DNA of 64,000 nucleotides. Source: an uncultured archaeon. GTDB lineage: Archaea > Thermoproteota > Nitrososphaeria_A > Caldarchaeales > Wolframiiraptoraceae. Positions within the stretch are counted from its first letter, which is position 1; every line of letters starts with the position of its first letter. A model generated the notes under the pieces. It did not search any database and was not told where the DNA came from. It worked only from the letters and a program-made list of their open reading frames with translations. The translations under genes were made by a program, and so were the position numbers. Below are positions 30,050 through 39,988 of the stretch, piece by piece. The stretch spans positions 17,388 through 81,387 of the forward strand of contig CALKCF010000001.1 of the NCBI GenBank assembly GCA_938083505.1, written 5' to 3'.

Positions 30050-30928
30050 TTGGGCATATCACCACAAACACGCTTCGGTAACAAAAGACTCATAGGCCTC
30101 ATTGGACAACCGGTTAAGCATTCGATATCACCGGATATTCACAATGCTGCTTTTAACTATATGAACCTCGATTACTTTTACATCGCCTTTGATGTGAAGG
30201 AAAGGGCCTTAGGACTTGCTGTTAAGGGTCTTAAGGCCCTAGGAGCTTTAGGTTTTAATGTAACGATACCATATAAGCAGAAGGTCGTGAAGTTCCTGGA
30301 TAAACTTGTAGACGATGCTAAAGTCCTAAAGACCGTAAATACTGTGGTGATCGAAAAAGATAGAATGATTGGGTACAATACAGATGTTTTAGGTATAATG
30401 AATACCCTGGTGCCTTACAAAGACGTAATAAGTGGTTGTGAAGCATTGATTCTTGGTGCAGGTGGAGGCGCTTCTGCCGCCGCCTTAGCCTTGGCCAGAT
30501 TTGGTTGTAATCACATAACGTTTGCTAACCGAACACTTTCAAGGGCCCGTAGGCTTGCGAACTTCCTACGTCAGAAGATTAAAATTTCTGCAGAGGGCAT
30601 AGGTCTTTCGGCCAGCAACTTATCTGCAATTGCCAAAACTTGTGGTATTGTAATCAACGCGACACCCATCGGTATGTGGCCGAATAACAATAATTCATTG
30701 CTTAAAAAGGAACAGATACGAAGTGGCTCTATAATAATGGATATGGTATACAATCCTTCTGAAACAGCACTCCTTAGAGAAGCAAAGCTTGCAGGTGCTA
30801 TATGCGTCTCCGGACTTGACATGTTGGTATTTCAGGCTGCAGAGTCCTTTAAATTATGGACATCCTTAGAGCCGCCGATAGAGGTTATGAAGGAGGTTGC
30901 CTTAGAGGCAATAGGTCGTTTTGTATGA
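30050..30928 (+). CDS. aroE: shikimate 5-dehydrogenase
   Basis: LIGLIGQPVKHSISPDIHNAAF at the N-terminus and the GAGGGASAAA Rossmann motif are present. Confidence 0.85.
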   Translation: MGISPQTRFGNKRLIGLIGQPVKHSISPDIHNAAFNYMNLDYFYIAFDVKERALGLAVKGLKALGALGFNVTIPYKQKVVKFLDKLVDDAKVLKTVNTVVIEKDRMIGYNTDVLGIMNTLVPYKDVISGCEALILGAGGGASAAALALARFGCNHITFANRTLSRARRLANFLRQKIKISAEGIGLSASNLSAIAKTCGIVINATPIGMWPNNNNSLLKKEQIRSGSIIMDMVYNPSETALLREAKLAGAICVSGLDMLVFQAAESFKLWTSLEPPIEVMKEVALEAIGRFV

Positions 30929-31803
30929 AGGCGAGCGCTAGGGCGCACGGCGCTATAACGATCGTTAACGCCATATCGATTGGTAAAGGGGCGGCCATGG
31001 GTATCGATCTTTATACAGAGGTCACTGTGGAGATAGGTGGTAAAGACATAGATGTGATGATAAAGGAAAACCCGGATGAGGATACAACACTAGCGAAGGT
31101 GGCGGTAAGCAAAGTCTTGAAGTTGGCACATATGAACTGCGGAGCTTATGTCGAAATCAGCTCAAACATACCAATCGGCAAGGGATTGAAGAGTTCCAGC
31201 GCAGCCGCCAATGCTATAGTTCTGGCTACGGCAAGGGCTGCGGATTTGAACTTGAATGATATTGAGATGTTAAATATAGCCGTTGACGCGGCAATAGAAG
31301 CTGGCGTTACCATAACCGGTGCATATGACGATGCGTGTGCTAGCTATTATGGCGGCATAGTCATCACAGATAATTTGAAGAGGCAGATTGTGAGAAAGGA
31401 TAAAGCTCCAGAAGACCTTTTTGTTATTTTGCTCGTCCCAGAATCAAAGAGTTATACTAAATTTTTTGATAAGAACGTACTTAAATCTATTGCATCATTT
31501 ATTGAGGATGTATATAGCATGACTCTGAACGGGGAATATTGGAAAGCCCTGACACTTAACGGCATACTTCATTCGGTGGTGTTAAATTACGACGCGAAAA
31601 AAGCTATAAACGCTATGAAAGCAGGAGCTTTAGCTGCCGGTCTATCTGGAACCGGGCCCGCCATTGCCGCTGTATGTAGAAAAGATGCTTTGGACAACGT
31701 TGTCAATACATTAAGCGAAAAGAGATGTAAGCTCATAATAGCTAAACCGAATAACAAAAAAGCTTACTCATGGAGAGGTGGTCGTGTTGCAGGTTTCGAT
31801 TAA
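30925..31803 (+). CDS. aroK: shikimate kinase, GHMP-kinase type (archaeal)
   Basis: The start ATG at 30925 overlaps the aroE stop (ATGA). The GHMP motif PIGKGLKSSSAAANA is present. Confidence 0.75.
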   Translation: MKASARAHGAITIVNAISIGKGAAMGIDLYTEVTVEIGGKDIDVMIKENPDEDTTLAKVAVSKVLKLAHMNCGAYVEISSNIPIGKGLKSSSAAANAIVLATARAADLNLNDIEMLNIAVDAAIEAGVTITGAYDDACASYYGGIVITDNLKRQIVRKDKAPEDLFVILLVPESKSYTKFFDKNVLKSIASFIEDVYSMTLNGEYWKALTLNGILHSVVLNYDAKKAINAMKAGALAAGLSGTGPAIAAVCRKDALDNVVNTLSEKRCKLIIAKPNNKKAYSWRGGRVAGFD

Positions 31804-33076
31804 ACCCTCAGTGATATATGGTAGGGTACAAGCACCTCCCAGCAAAAGCTACAGCCATAGGGCTATAATAGCTGCCTCTATGTCAGATGGCGAATGTGTT
31901 GTAGAAAACGTTTCAAAATCCGATGATGTTCTTGCCACAATTAGTGCGTGTAAAAAATTTGGCACCTCAATAGTCGAAGAAGGTGATAAGCTCATCATCG
32001 ACGGCCTCTCAACACCTAAGACACCAGAGGATGTTGTGAACGTTCAGAACTCGGGAACGACATTGAGGATAATGACTGGTATAAGTTGCTTAGTTCAAGA
32101 CGGGTACGTAATACTCACGGGCGATGAGAGTATAAGAAGAAGGCCAATGCAGCCACTCCTTGACGCCCTTAACATGCTTGGAGGGGAGTGCTGGTCTACA
32201 AGGCTTAATGGTTGCGCTCCCATTGTCGTTAAAGGTGGTGGATTAAAGGGTGGGAATGCCTGGATGAATGGTAAAGTATCTTCCCAGTTCGTATCATCCA
32301 TACTGTTCTCATCACCGAAGGCTACAAGCGATACGACGCTCACGATACAAGGAGATCTCGTATCAAAACCTTACGTTGACGCCACCATACATGTACTAGA
32401 ACAGTTCAACATTCATATAGAAAGGGAAGGATACAAAGTATTTCGCATTGCTTCACAGCAGAATTTTAAGCCCACGCATTTTGTAGTGCCCGGAGATTTT
32501 GGGCTTGCCTCCTTCATGATGGCTGCAGCGCTTATTACAGATGGTTCAGTAAATGTTGAAGGGCTTAATCAAGAGTTACCGCAAGCCGATGCTGCCATAG
32601 TTGATATACTTATCAAGATGGGGGCCAGCGTTAAGTTGGATTACAGTTCTAGGCGTGTAACAGTTAGTGGAGGTGGAAGGCTTAAGGGCGGTAGCTTTAA
32701 CTTATCCGATTCTCCAGACCTTTTGCCAGTCTTAGCAGTCCTAGCTACCAAATGTGAAGGGACTGTTGAAATAACAGGTGTGGAACATGCAAGGTTTAAG
32801 GAAAGCGATAGGGTTAGTGCCCTTGCACATGCTCTTTCTATGATAGGAATGAATGTAAAAGAGATGCCGGAGGGATTAAGCATAACGCAAGGTAAATTGG
32901 TTAAGCATGCAGTACTCGACTCAAAAGGTGACCATAGACTCTTCATGGCCTATTGTCTTTTAGGGCTCATCCTAGAAGAGGGGTGCACTATAGCGGGAGC
33001 AGAGTGCATGAACGTATCTTATCCGAATTTTCTTAGAGACCTTGCTAGTTTAGGTGCAAAAATTGAGCTCATATAA
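31778..33076 (+). CDS. aroA: 3-phosphoshikimate 1-carboxyvinyltransferase (EPSP synthase)
   Basis: GTG start overlapping the aroK end. PSKSYSHRAII and the conserved two-domain EPT fold are present. Confidence 0.85.
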   Translation: MVVLQVSIKPSVIYGRVQAPPSKSYSHRAIIAASMSDGECVVENVSKSDDVLATISACKKFGTSIVEEGDKLIIDGLSTPKTPEDVVNVQNSGTTLRIMTGISCLVQDGYVILTGDESIRRRPMQPLLDALNMLGGECWSTRLNGCAPIVVKGGGLKGGNAWMNGKVSSQFVSSILFSSPKATSDTTLTIQGDLVSKPYVDATIHVLEQFNIHIEREGYKVFRIASQQNFKPTHFVVPGDFGLASFMMAAALITDGSVNVEGLNQELPQADAAIVDILIKMGASVKLDYSSRRVTVSGGGRLKGGSFNLSDSPDLLPVLAVLATKCEGTVEITGVEHARFKESDRVSALAHALSMIGMNVKEMPEGLSITQGKLVKHAVLDSKGDHRLFMAYCLLGLILEEGCTIAGAECMNVSYPNFLRDLASLGAKIELI

Positions 33077-33142
33077 CTATACTAAGTTTAAATTTAAATA
33101 ATAGTTAGGCTAACCTAATTCTGACAAACTCTATGGAAGGTA

Positions 33143-33451
33143 ATGATGCCCGAACGTTGTGGATGTCATAGGCAGAGGCATATGTATAGACACGGTCAAC
33201 GACTCGGAGATTTAGTCTCTTTGCTAGAGCTTAAAAACGGTCAGGAAGGCGTAGTGGTTATTCTAGAAGGAGATGAAAAAGTCATTCATAGACTTTCAGA
33301 GTTAGGCATAGTACCCAACACTATCATAAAGGTTATAAACTCGATACCTTTTGGTGGACCTGTTGAAATCCTTGTAAGAGGGAGCAAACTCATTATCGGA
33401 AGGGATATTGCCAAAGGAGTATTGGTACGTGTAGAAGAGTGCGAAAAATGA
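33143..33451 (+). CDS. feoA: FeoA-family small protein (with Cys/His-rich N-terminal extension)
   Basis: The C-terminal 75 aa form an SH3-like FeoA fold (GQEGVVVIL...ILVRG). The start may be an internal Met. Confidence 0.6.
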   Translation: MMPERCGCHRQRHMYRHGQRLGDLVSLLELKNGQEGVVVILEGDEKVIHRLSELGIVPNTIIKVINSIPFGGPVEILVRGSKLIIGRDIAKGVLVRVEECEK

Positions 33452-35397
33452 GTGCCTGCTGTACGCCCTCAAGTACAAAAAAGAATAAAAGAGCAGATTT
33501 TGTTGTCGCACTGGCGGGTAATGCAAACGTCGGTAAGAGCACACTCTTCAATCAGCTAACGGGATTGCATCAACACGTGGGTAATTGGCCAGGTAAGACT
33601 GTCGAAAGACGTGAGGGGAGCCTAGTAGTCGACGGTTACACAATAGATGTTGTAGATCTACCTGGCATATACTCTTTATCAACCTTCTCGATAGAGGAGC
33701 TCATATCACGTGAGTACATAGTATTCGAAAGACCTGATGTTGTAATAAATGTCGTGGATGCCTCTGTGTTAGAGAGAAATCTGTATTTTACACTCCAACT
33801 TCTAGAGTTGCAGGTACCTATTGTTATTGCTCTAAACATGGTTGACTTAGCCGGAGATAAAGGTCTGAGCATAGACGATAAAAAGCTGAGCGAAGAACTT
33901 GGCGTACCTGTCGTTCCTACAGTTGCGAACAAAGGCATAGGTGTATACGAGTTAATTCGACAGGTTATCAATTTAGCACAACGTAAGATAAAGTTAAGAC
34001 CCATACGAATTACGTACAGTAAGGACGTCGAAGAAAGGTTAGAAAAGTTGACAGAACTTCTTAAGAATGAAGACGTAAGTTACCCACTCCGTTTTGTTGC
34101 TATAAAACTCCTCGAAGGGGATGAAGACATTAAAAGAAGGGTTAGTAAAAATATTGTTGAAGTTGCTGAGAAGTTTGCAAAGGAGATCAAGGAAATAAGA
34201 GACATACCAGCCCCAATCGTAATAACTTCTGAAAGATATGCAATTGTAAGCAAAATCATCAAGAAATCCCAGAAAGTTTTAGCATCTCCTAAAATCAGCT
34301 TGATGGAGAAAATTGACCAATTACTTACACATAAAGTCCTAGGATATTTGATAATGGTGATAGTTATCTTCTCGTCTTTTTACATTATATTCACTTTAGG
34401 TGACTATCTTTCTACAATACTTTTGGAAACATTTGATTTGATTAAACCATCAATAGTCGCAATAATAGGTGAGATGATGTGGGAAGGGTTCTTTGGTGGG
34501 TTCATAGCCGGCGTTACACTTTTAATTCCATTTGTTTTTCCATTCTATTTGCTTCTCTCTGTATTAGAAGATACAGGATACCTTCCAAGGATTGCGTTCC
34601 TTCTTGATAATGTCATGCATAAGGTAGGCCTTCATGGAAAAGCCATCATACCACTCATCATGGGTTATGGTTGCAATGTTCCCGCATGTTTTGCGTGCAG
34701 AATAATGGAAACTCAAAGGGAGCGACTCATATCTGCATTTGCAGTTACGTTCATTCCTTGCACTGCGCGACTCGTTGTGATATATGCGTTAGTAGGTGTG
34801 TTCGTCGGCATAGAGTGGGCATATCTGTTACTGTTAATAAACTTTGTAGTCGTTATGGGTATGGCGAGACTGGCTTTCAAGGTGTGTCCAGGAGAGTCTA
34901 TGGGTCTCATAATGGAGGTGCCGCCGTTAAGATTGCCTGCATTAAAAACCGTATTGCTGCAGACATGGGGTAACATTAAGTCAATAATCTACATCGTTTT
35001 TCCTGTCTACATTCTGGGAGGTGGAATATTAGCGACATTGTATTCATTCAACTTTTTACAACCAGTAGAAAGTTTGCTAACACCATTAACTGTAGAATGG
35101 TTGGGTTTGCCATCATACGCAAGTATTCCATTGCTCTTCGGTGTGGTAAGAAAAGAAATGGTCATAATCATGCCGGCCATAATTTTTGGAACCATGAATT
35201 TTACACATCTATTTACACACATCCAAATGATAACGCTAGCGTTTGTGAGCATGTATTACGTGCCTTGCATCTCTACATTCATGATGTTGAAGAGGGAGTT
35301 TGGGTGGAAGACAGCTTACTACATCACGATTTCCCAGATCGCATTTGCAACGTTCCTCGGAGGTTTATTCTACAGAGCTCTCGAAGTGTTACTTTAA
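33439..35397 (+). CDS. feoB: ferrous iron transporter FeoB
   Basis: The G1 box GNANVGKST and the G3 box DLPG are followed by a polytopic permease domain. It overlaps feoA by 13 nt. Confidence 0.9.
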   Translation: MRKMSACCTPSSTKKNKRADFVVALAGNANVGKSTLFNQLTGLHQHVGNWPGKTVERREGSLVVDGYTIDVVDLPGIYSLSTFSIEELISREYIVFERPDVVINVVDASVLERNLYFTLQLLELQVPIVIALNMVDLAGDKGLSIDDKKLSEELGVPVVPTVANKGIGVYELIRQVINLAQRKIKLRPIRITYSKDVEERLEKLTELLKNEDVSYPLRFVAIKLLEGDEDIKRRVSKNIVEVAEKFAKEIKEIRDIPAPIVITSERYAIVSKIIKKSQKVLASPKISLMEKIDQLLTHKVLGYLIMVIVIFSSFYIIFTLGDYLSTILLETFDLIKPSIVAIIGEMMWEGFFGGFIAGVTLLIPFVFPFYLLLSVLEDTGYLPRIAFLLDNVMHKVGLHGKAIIPLIMGYGCNVPACFACRIMETQRERLISAFAVTFIPCTARLVVIYALVGVFVGIEWAYLLLLINFVVVMGMARLAFKVCPGESMGLIMEVPPLRLPALKTVLLQTWGNIKSIIYIVFPVYILGGGILATLYSFNFLQPVESLLTPLTVEWLGLPSYASIPLLFGVVRKEMVIIMPAIIFGTMNFTHLFTHIQMITLAFVSMYYVPCISTFMMLKREFGWKTAYYITISQIAFATFLGGLFYRALEVLL

Positions 35398-36530
35398 CCT
35401 ATAACTAACTTTTCAGGTATCAGTTTCCCTTCCTTGAACCTAGTAGGTAGGAACGGTCTCATGAGCTCGTCTATTTCTCCGTACAATATGTTCTTAGCCA
35501 ACAGCTTACCGATTAGAGGCCCCATCATGAAGCCATGACCACTATCACCGTAGCTCACGTAAAGCCCTTCCGGCCACTCAGGGTCCCTTCCCATTATATG
35601 GCTTGAATCTGCAGACATGGAGTAATACCCGCTCCAGCATCTCATGATTCTGGCTCCTCTTAACGCAGGGAACCTCTTGTATACGGCTTTTGCCCACTTT
35701 ACCAAGAACTCAAGTGTGTTCTCCAACGGCAGGAGTCCACTCTTTGCTGGAATCTCTATACTTCCGAGTATCTCACCTTTAAGTGCTTGACCAATATACG
35801 CTGAAGTTCCGAAGTCTATGATCAGAGGTTTAATAAAGTATTTGTAAGACTCCGTTAGGGCAATCTCCTTCCTTTCGGGTTCCGTTGGTAACTCAATTCC
35901 CAAACCTATCAGGAGCTCATCAGTCCAAGCACCTGCAGTCAACAAAACGACATCAGCTTCTATATTGCCTTGAGGTAGTTCAACGCCTATAACTTTGTTG
36001 TTTTCTACGAGTACCCTTTTAACGGGAGACTTCTCGAAGAGCCTGGCACCAAGCTTAGTTGCTGCTTTGTAGTAACCGAACGCTACGTAACTGTGAAAAC
36101 AGCTTCCGTTCTGCGGACCAAAGAAGCCTTCAACAACGTCATCCGTGTATATATACGGATACCTTTCTTTAATTTCTGATGATGAGAGAAACTTTCCAGC
36201 TATCCCAAGCCGCTCCCACATTTTGTTCTTTTCACGGAATGCTTTAACTTGCTCCTCACTAAACAGCAACCAAAGATAGCCACCTGTTGTCACTATAATA
36301 TTCCAGCCAGTAATCGATGATAGTTTGAGCATAATTTTCTTTGCTTCTAAAGCAAACCTAGAATTTTCCTCGGTCCAGAAATGAACCCTGAACCTGCTGG
36401 CAGACCTTACCGTTGAACCATATGATAGATACTCCTTTTCTAAGATGATTATATTCTTTGCTCCAAGCTTTGCTAAGTTATATGCTGAAGAGAGTCCCAT
36501 AACTCCTGAACCAACTATCACGATTCTCAT
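35394..36530 (-). CDS. FAD-dependent oxidoreductase, sarcosine oxidase beta / L-proline dehydrogenase beta-like
   Basis: 378 aa. The N-terminal VIVGSGVMGLSSAY dinucleotide-binding motif and a DAO-family fold are present. It overlaps the alpha-like gene by 4 nt. Confidence 0.75.
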   Translation of the reverse strand: MRIVIVGSGVMGLSSAYNLAKLGAKNIIILEKEYLSYGSTVRSASRFRVHFWTEENSRFALEAKKIMLKLSSITGWNIIVTTGGYLWLLFSEEQVKAFREKNKMWERLGIAGKFLSSSEIKERYPYIYTDDVVEGFFGPQNGSCFHSYVAFGYYKAATKLGARLFEKSPVKRVLVENNKVIGVELPQGNIEADVVLLTAGAWTDELLIGLGIELPTEPERKEIALTESYKYFIKPLIIDFGTSAYIGQALKGEILGSIEIPAKSGLLPLENTLEFLVKWAKAVYKRFPALRGARIMRCWSGYYSMSADSSHIMGRDPEWPEGLYVSYGDSGHGFMMGPLIGKLLAKNILYGEIDELMRPFLPTRFKEGKLIPEKLVIG

Positions 36531-38323
36531 GTTTTATTCATCTCCATAGCAGCCAGCAAGTTAATGGGCATAGATATGGTAAGCGGTCTTTGTCTAGCTA
36601 TACCTACTGCGTTAGGACTTAAGCCTGCGACATATGCTATGTATAACGCAGAATTAACAAGGCATAGCCTGCCCTGACAGCTAGCCGTGCCGATTCCAGT
36701 ACTACGCTTCACCTTCTCAAGACATGTGAAGCCGTAGACGGATATAGAGCGGTGCAGGTCCCACAGCCTGATGTCTTCACAGAAACAAACGAATGCATCT
36801 CTTCTCGGTCCTGAGCAGAATAACGTGGGCAGCTCGGTTATCTTCTCATCTGGAATAAGGGCCGTTTCAAAAGACCTGAATACCTTCTCTTTGGGGTCGC
36901 TTATGCCAAACTTTTGGAGCAATGATCTGTATTCTTTCACGAGCGCCTCACGTTCAGCTTCGGCACTAGTTTTATTTAACATAACAGCGGCGGAGAGTCC
37001 TGCGATTCTTCCTTCGATTATGTGAAGTATTCCATAGGGTGAGCCGGAAGCACCACCCGCCACGAAAAGACCATCCTTTGAAGTTCTCATGAAAAAATCA
37101 TGAAGTGGTAGAAAGCCAAGCTCTTTGACGTATGCTATTTTTGCACCAGCTTGGGCAGAAATCCTTATGTCAGGGTTCGTAGAAGCTGCGCAAATTACGC
37201 AATCAACGTTTAACCTAAACTCCTCACCCTCACATTTTACCTTAAGAAGTTTAACCATCTCTTTTCCTATTGCAACAATCTCTTTCACTCCATGTATGAC
37301 GTCACCTTTACCGGTATTGCCACACGATTTGTCAAGTACGACCGTATTGACGTCATTTTTTTTCAGATTTTCTGCTAACCTTAATCCACGTTCTGTGGCT
37401 CCCAATATGGCAACATTCTTTCCTGGAATAACGCCGTGCATATTTAACATCATGAGAGCGGATGAAGCGTCTATTATTCCTGGCAAGTCGTTATTGGCGA
37501 ATATGCATGGCAAATCTACGGTGCCCGTAGCAACAATATACGCTTTAGCTGAGATTATATAAGGTGTTCCAACATTGAGCGGATAAGGTGAAAATGCAAG
37601 CGCTGCATCTTCAAAGAAGCCAACAAATGTAGTTTTCGATAAGACCCTCACACCAAGTTCAAGTGCTTTTCTCCTCAGGTTTTTTACGAATACGTGACCA
37701 GGTTCTGATATTCCAGGCGGTTCAAACTTGTCGTATAACATCTCCCCGCCGAGCTCAACACCATCATCTATTTGGAGAACCTTAAGATCGTACTTTCTGG
37801 CCTCGATGGCTGCTGAAAGTCCAGCTGAGCCACCACCGATTATCACTAAATCAGCATTTTCTACAATCGTGGAAACACTATGCGAAATTTCATATTTAGC
37901 TGGTTCTGGATTATTGATGCTATTTGCAATGAACTTAAGAGCTATAGGCCAAATTAACCTATTCTTCACGAGAGGTTTATGTAGCAGACTCGTGTCTACC
38001 ATGGATTCGAAAACACGCATTAATAACGGTCTTTTTTGTTGGGTACGAACCTTAAGCCCATCCGTTAGATAAATTTCGGACGGGTTCATGGCGGGTATGC
38101 CGTTTATGCTGACCATTACCGTTCTAGCTTGTGGATGTAAACTGAAGAATCCACGAGGTCTGTAGAGCTTTTTGCTCCTACCAAGAAATTTTATACCGTT
38201 AGCGTATAACGCTACGCTTATGGATTCCGACGTAAAGCCACTTATAGTCGCGCCATTAACGTCGATAGAAACAACGTTACCTTGGCTATCTGCCGTCAAA
38301 TCCTTAGCACGTAAAGCACCCAT
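36527..38323 (-). CDS. FAD/NAD(P)-binding oxidoreductase, sarcosine oxidase alpha-like, with C-terminal BFD-like [2Fe-2S] cysteine motif
   Basis: 598 aa. GGGSAGLSAA and a second Rossmann stretch GATERGLRLAENL are present. The C-terminus carries CFCEDI...CLEKVKR...CQGRLC. Confidence 0.7.
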   Translation of the reverse strand: MGALRAKDLTADSQGNVVSIDVNGATISGFTSESISVALYANGIKFLGRSKKLYRPRGFFSLHPQARTVMVSINGIPAMNPSEIYLTDGLKVRTQQKRPLLMRVFESMVDTSLLHKPLVKNRLIWPIALKFIANSINNPEPAKYEISHSVSTIVENADLVIIGGGSAGLSAAIEARKYDLKVLQIDDGVELGGEMLYDKFEPPGISEPGHVFVKNLRRKALELGVRVLSKTTFVGFFEDAALAFSPYPLNVGTPYIISAKAYIVATGTVDLPCIFANNDLPGIIDASSALMMLNMHGVIPGKNVAILGATERGLRLAENLKKNDVNTVVLDKSCGNTGKGDVIHGVKEIVAIGKEMVKLLKVKCEGEEFRLNVDCVICAASTNPDIRISAQAGAKIAYVKELGFLPLHDFFMRTSKDGLFVAGGASGSPYGILHIIEGRIAGLSAAVMLNKTSAEAEREALVKEYRSLLQKFGISDPKEKVFRSFETALIPDEKITELPTLFCSGPRRDAFVCFCEDIRLWDLHRSISVYGFTCLEKVKRSTGIGTASCQGRLCLVNSALYIAYVAGLSPNAVGIARQRPLTISMPINLLAAMEMNKT

Positions 38324-38373
38324 GTCTCTAAATTTATAGGGATCAATTTAAAAACTTTTTAAAACATTATAAA

Positions 38374-39297
38374 TTGAAGAACTGTGCTAAGACTTGGTGG
38401 TATTCGTTGGGAGGGCCATGGTCCGCTCTAGTCAATTATTGGCAAGTTACAAAACCACGTACATGGTTCCTTCTAACATTCACCGGATTTTGTAGCGCCA
38501 TAGTTGGTTTCGGAGTTTCTGGAAAAAACATAGATTGGTATGTCGTCATGCTGACAACTTTAGCCATTATCTTAGGTTCAGCAGGAGCTAATGCGATCAC
38601 ATGTTATATAGATAGAGATATTGATGCTGTAATGGATAGGACTAGAATGAGACCCTTACCCTCTGGTAAGATAAAGCCAGCTGAAAAAGCACTTTACTTT
38701 GGTCTCATACTCTCAACGATAGCCATCGCGATATCCATTATGCTTAATCTCATATGCTTTGGTCTGATGCTCTTCGGATTAATAGACAACATCTTAGTTT
38801 ATAACAAATGGTTAAAGCGCCGAAACCCCATTAATATAATAGCTGGCAGCTTTTCTGGTGGTGCGCCAGCTATGATAGGTTACTCAGCGGCTACAACCGA
38901 AAATCTCACTTTCGGCTTAATACTTGCAGCAATTGTCGTTCTTTGGGTACCTACACATATCTGGAGTCTTGCACTCAAATATAAGGAGGATTATATGAAA
39001 GTAAAAGTTCCTATGTTACCAGTAGTCGTGCCTGAAAAAGTTGCTATAAGGTGTATAGCATCTACCAGCGTCTTGATGGTGGCGTTCAGCTTTTTGCCGG
39101 TCCTTATGAGCGTTTTTCAAATGATATACGCGATGATAGCATCCATTTTCGGTGCAGTAATTTTAATTCTTAACTCCTTGCTTGTCATCAGGCCGGATGC
39201 TAGGAAAGCGTGGTTTGTATTTAAGATGTCAAGTCCTTACTTAGCTGCCTTATTCACGGCTATGGTCCTTGATGTTTTCTTCCTAACTCACCTATAG
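38374..39297 (+). CDS. ctaB: protoheme IX farnesyltransferase (heme O synthase), UbiA family
   Basis: LTKPRT at the N-terminus, the YIDRDIDAVMDRTRMRPLPSG Asp-rich motif, and about 8 TM helices. Confidence 0.75.
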   Translation: MKNCAKTWWYSLGGPWSALVNYWQVTKPRTWFLLTFTGFCSAIVGFGVSGKNIDWYVVMLTTLAIILGSAGANAITCYIDRDIDAVMDRTRMRPLPSGKIKPAEKALYFGLILSTIAIAISIMLNLICFGLMLFGLIDNILVYNKWLKRRNPINIIAGSFSGGAPAMIGYSAATTENLTFGLILAAIVVLWVPTHIWSLALKYKEDYMKVKVPMLPVVVPEKVAIRCIASTSVLMVAFSFLPVLMSVFQMIYAMIASIFGAVILILNSLLVIRPDARKAWFVFKMSSPYLAALFTAMVLDVFFLTHL

Positions 39298-39956
39298 TTT
39301 ATTGTCCTATCTGGTTTAATCGCTGAGAGAACATATTCAACAAACTGCATCTCCGGTAAGGCTCCCTCAAAAGAAACAACATCGTTTATTATGGTCTTAG
39401 GAACTGCTATAACGTCGTATTTATTCGCAAGTTGAGGAAATTCTATAGCCTCTATCATATCAGCCCTAATGAGCTCGTTCTCGATCGCCAACTGATGCGC
39501 AACCCTTACAGCTCTAGGACAATATGGACAGGTTGGTGTTACGAATACCTGAATATGTACAGGCTCCTTTACGTTTTTAATTTTTTCTTTTACTATAGGT
39601 TGGAGTTTTGTCGTTCCCCTTGACGCATCTATTATAGTGTCGATGAAAGCTGGAAATTCATAACCCGTCGGTAAACCAAAGAACCTTATGCCGTACTCAC
39701 GGATGCCAAATACTGCTGTTGCCGGTATTTTATCTATGCCCCACCTTTGCGCTTTCTCGTAATCCTTTTCGAAATCGAATACTTCGAGCTTTATCTTATC
39801 TGAAAGCGACGCTAGGTCTTCCATCAATTCTCTATTTGTTGCACAATACTCACACTCAAAATCCTGCGTAAATACAATGAGCCTAACATCGTTTTCCATA
39901 TTTCTATTAAGCTTTTCTGCAATAAGCTTTTTCTCCCTTTCTTTCAAGATGGGCAT
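39288..39956 (-). CDS. protein disulfide oxidoreductase (two thioredoxin-fold units, CEYC and CPYC)
   Basis: 222 aa with two CxxC active sites spaced as in PDOs of hyperthermophiles. Confidence 0.8.
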   Translation of the reverse strand: MPILKEREKKLIAEKLNRNMENDVRLIVFTQDFECEYCATNRELMEDLASLSDKIKLEVFDFEKDYEKAQRWGIDKIPATAVFGIREYGIRFFGLPTGYEFPAFIDTIIDASRGTTKLQPIVKEKIKNVKEPVHIQVFVTPTCPYCPRAVRVAHQLAIENELIRADMIEAIEFPQLANKYDVIAVPKTIINDVVSFEGALPEMQFVEYVLSAIKPDRTINYR

Positions 39957-39988
39957 TAATCAAATATTTACGAGTCAAATTTATAAAT

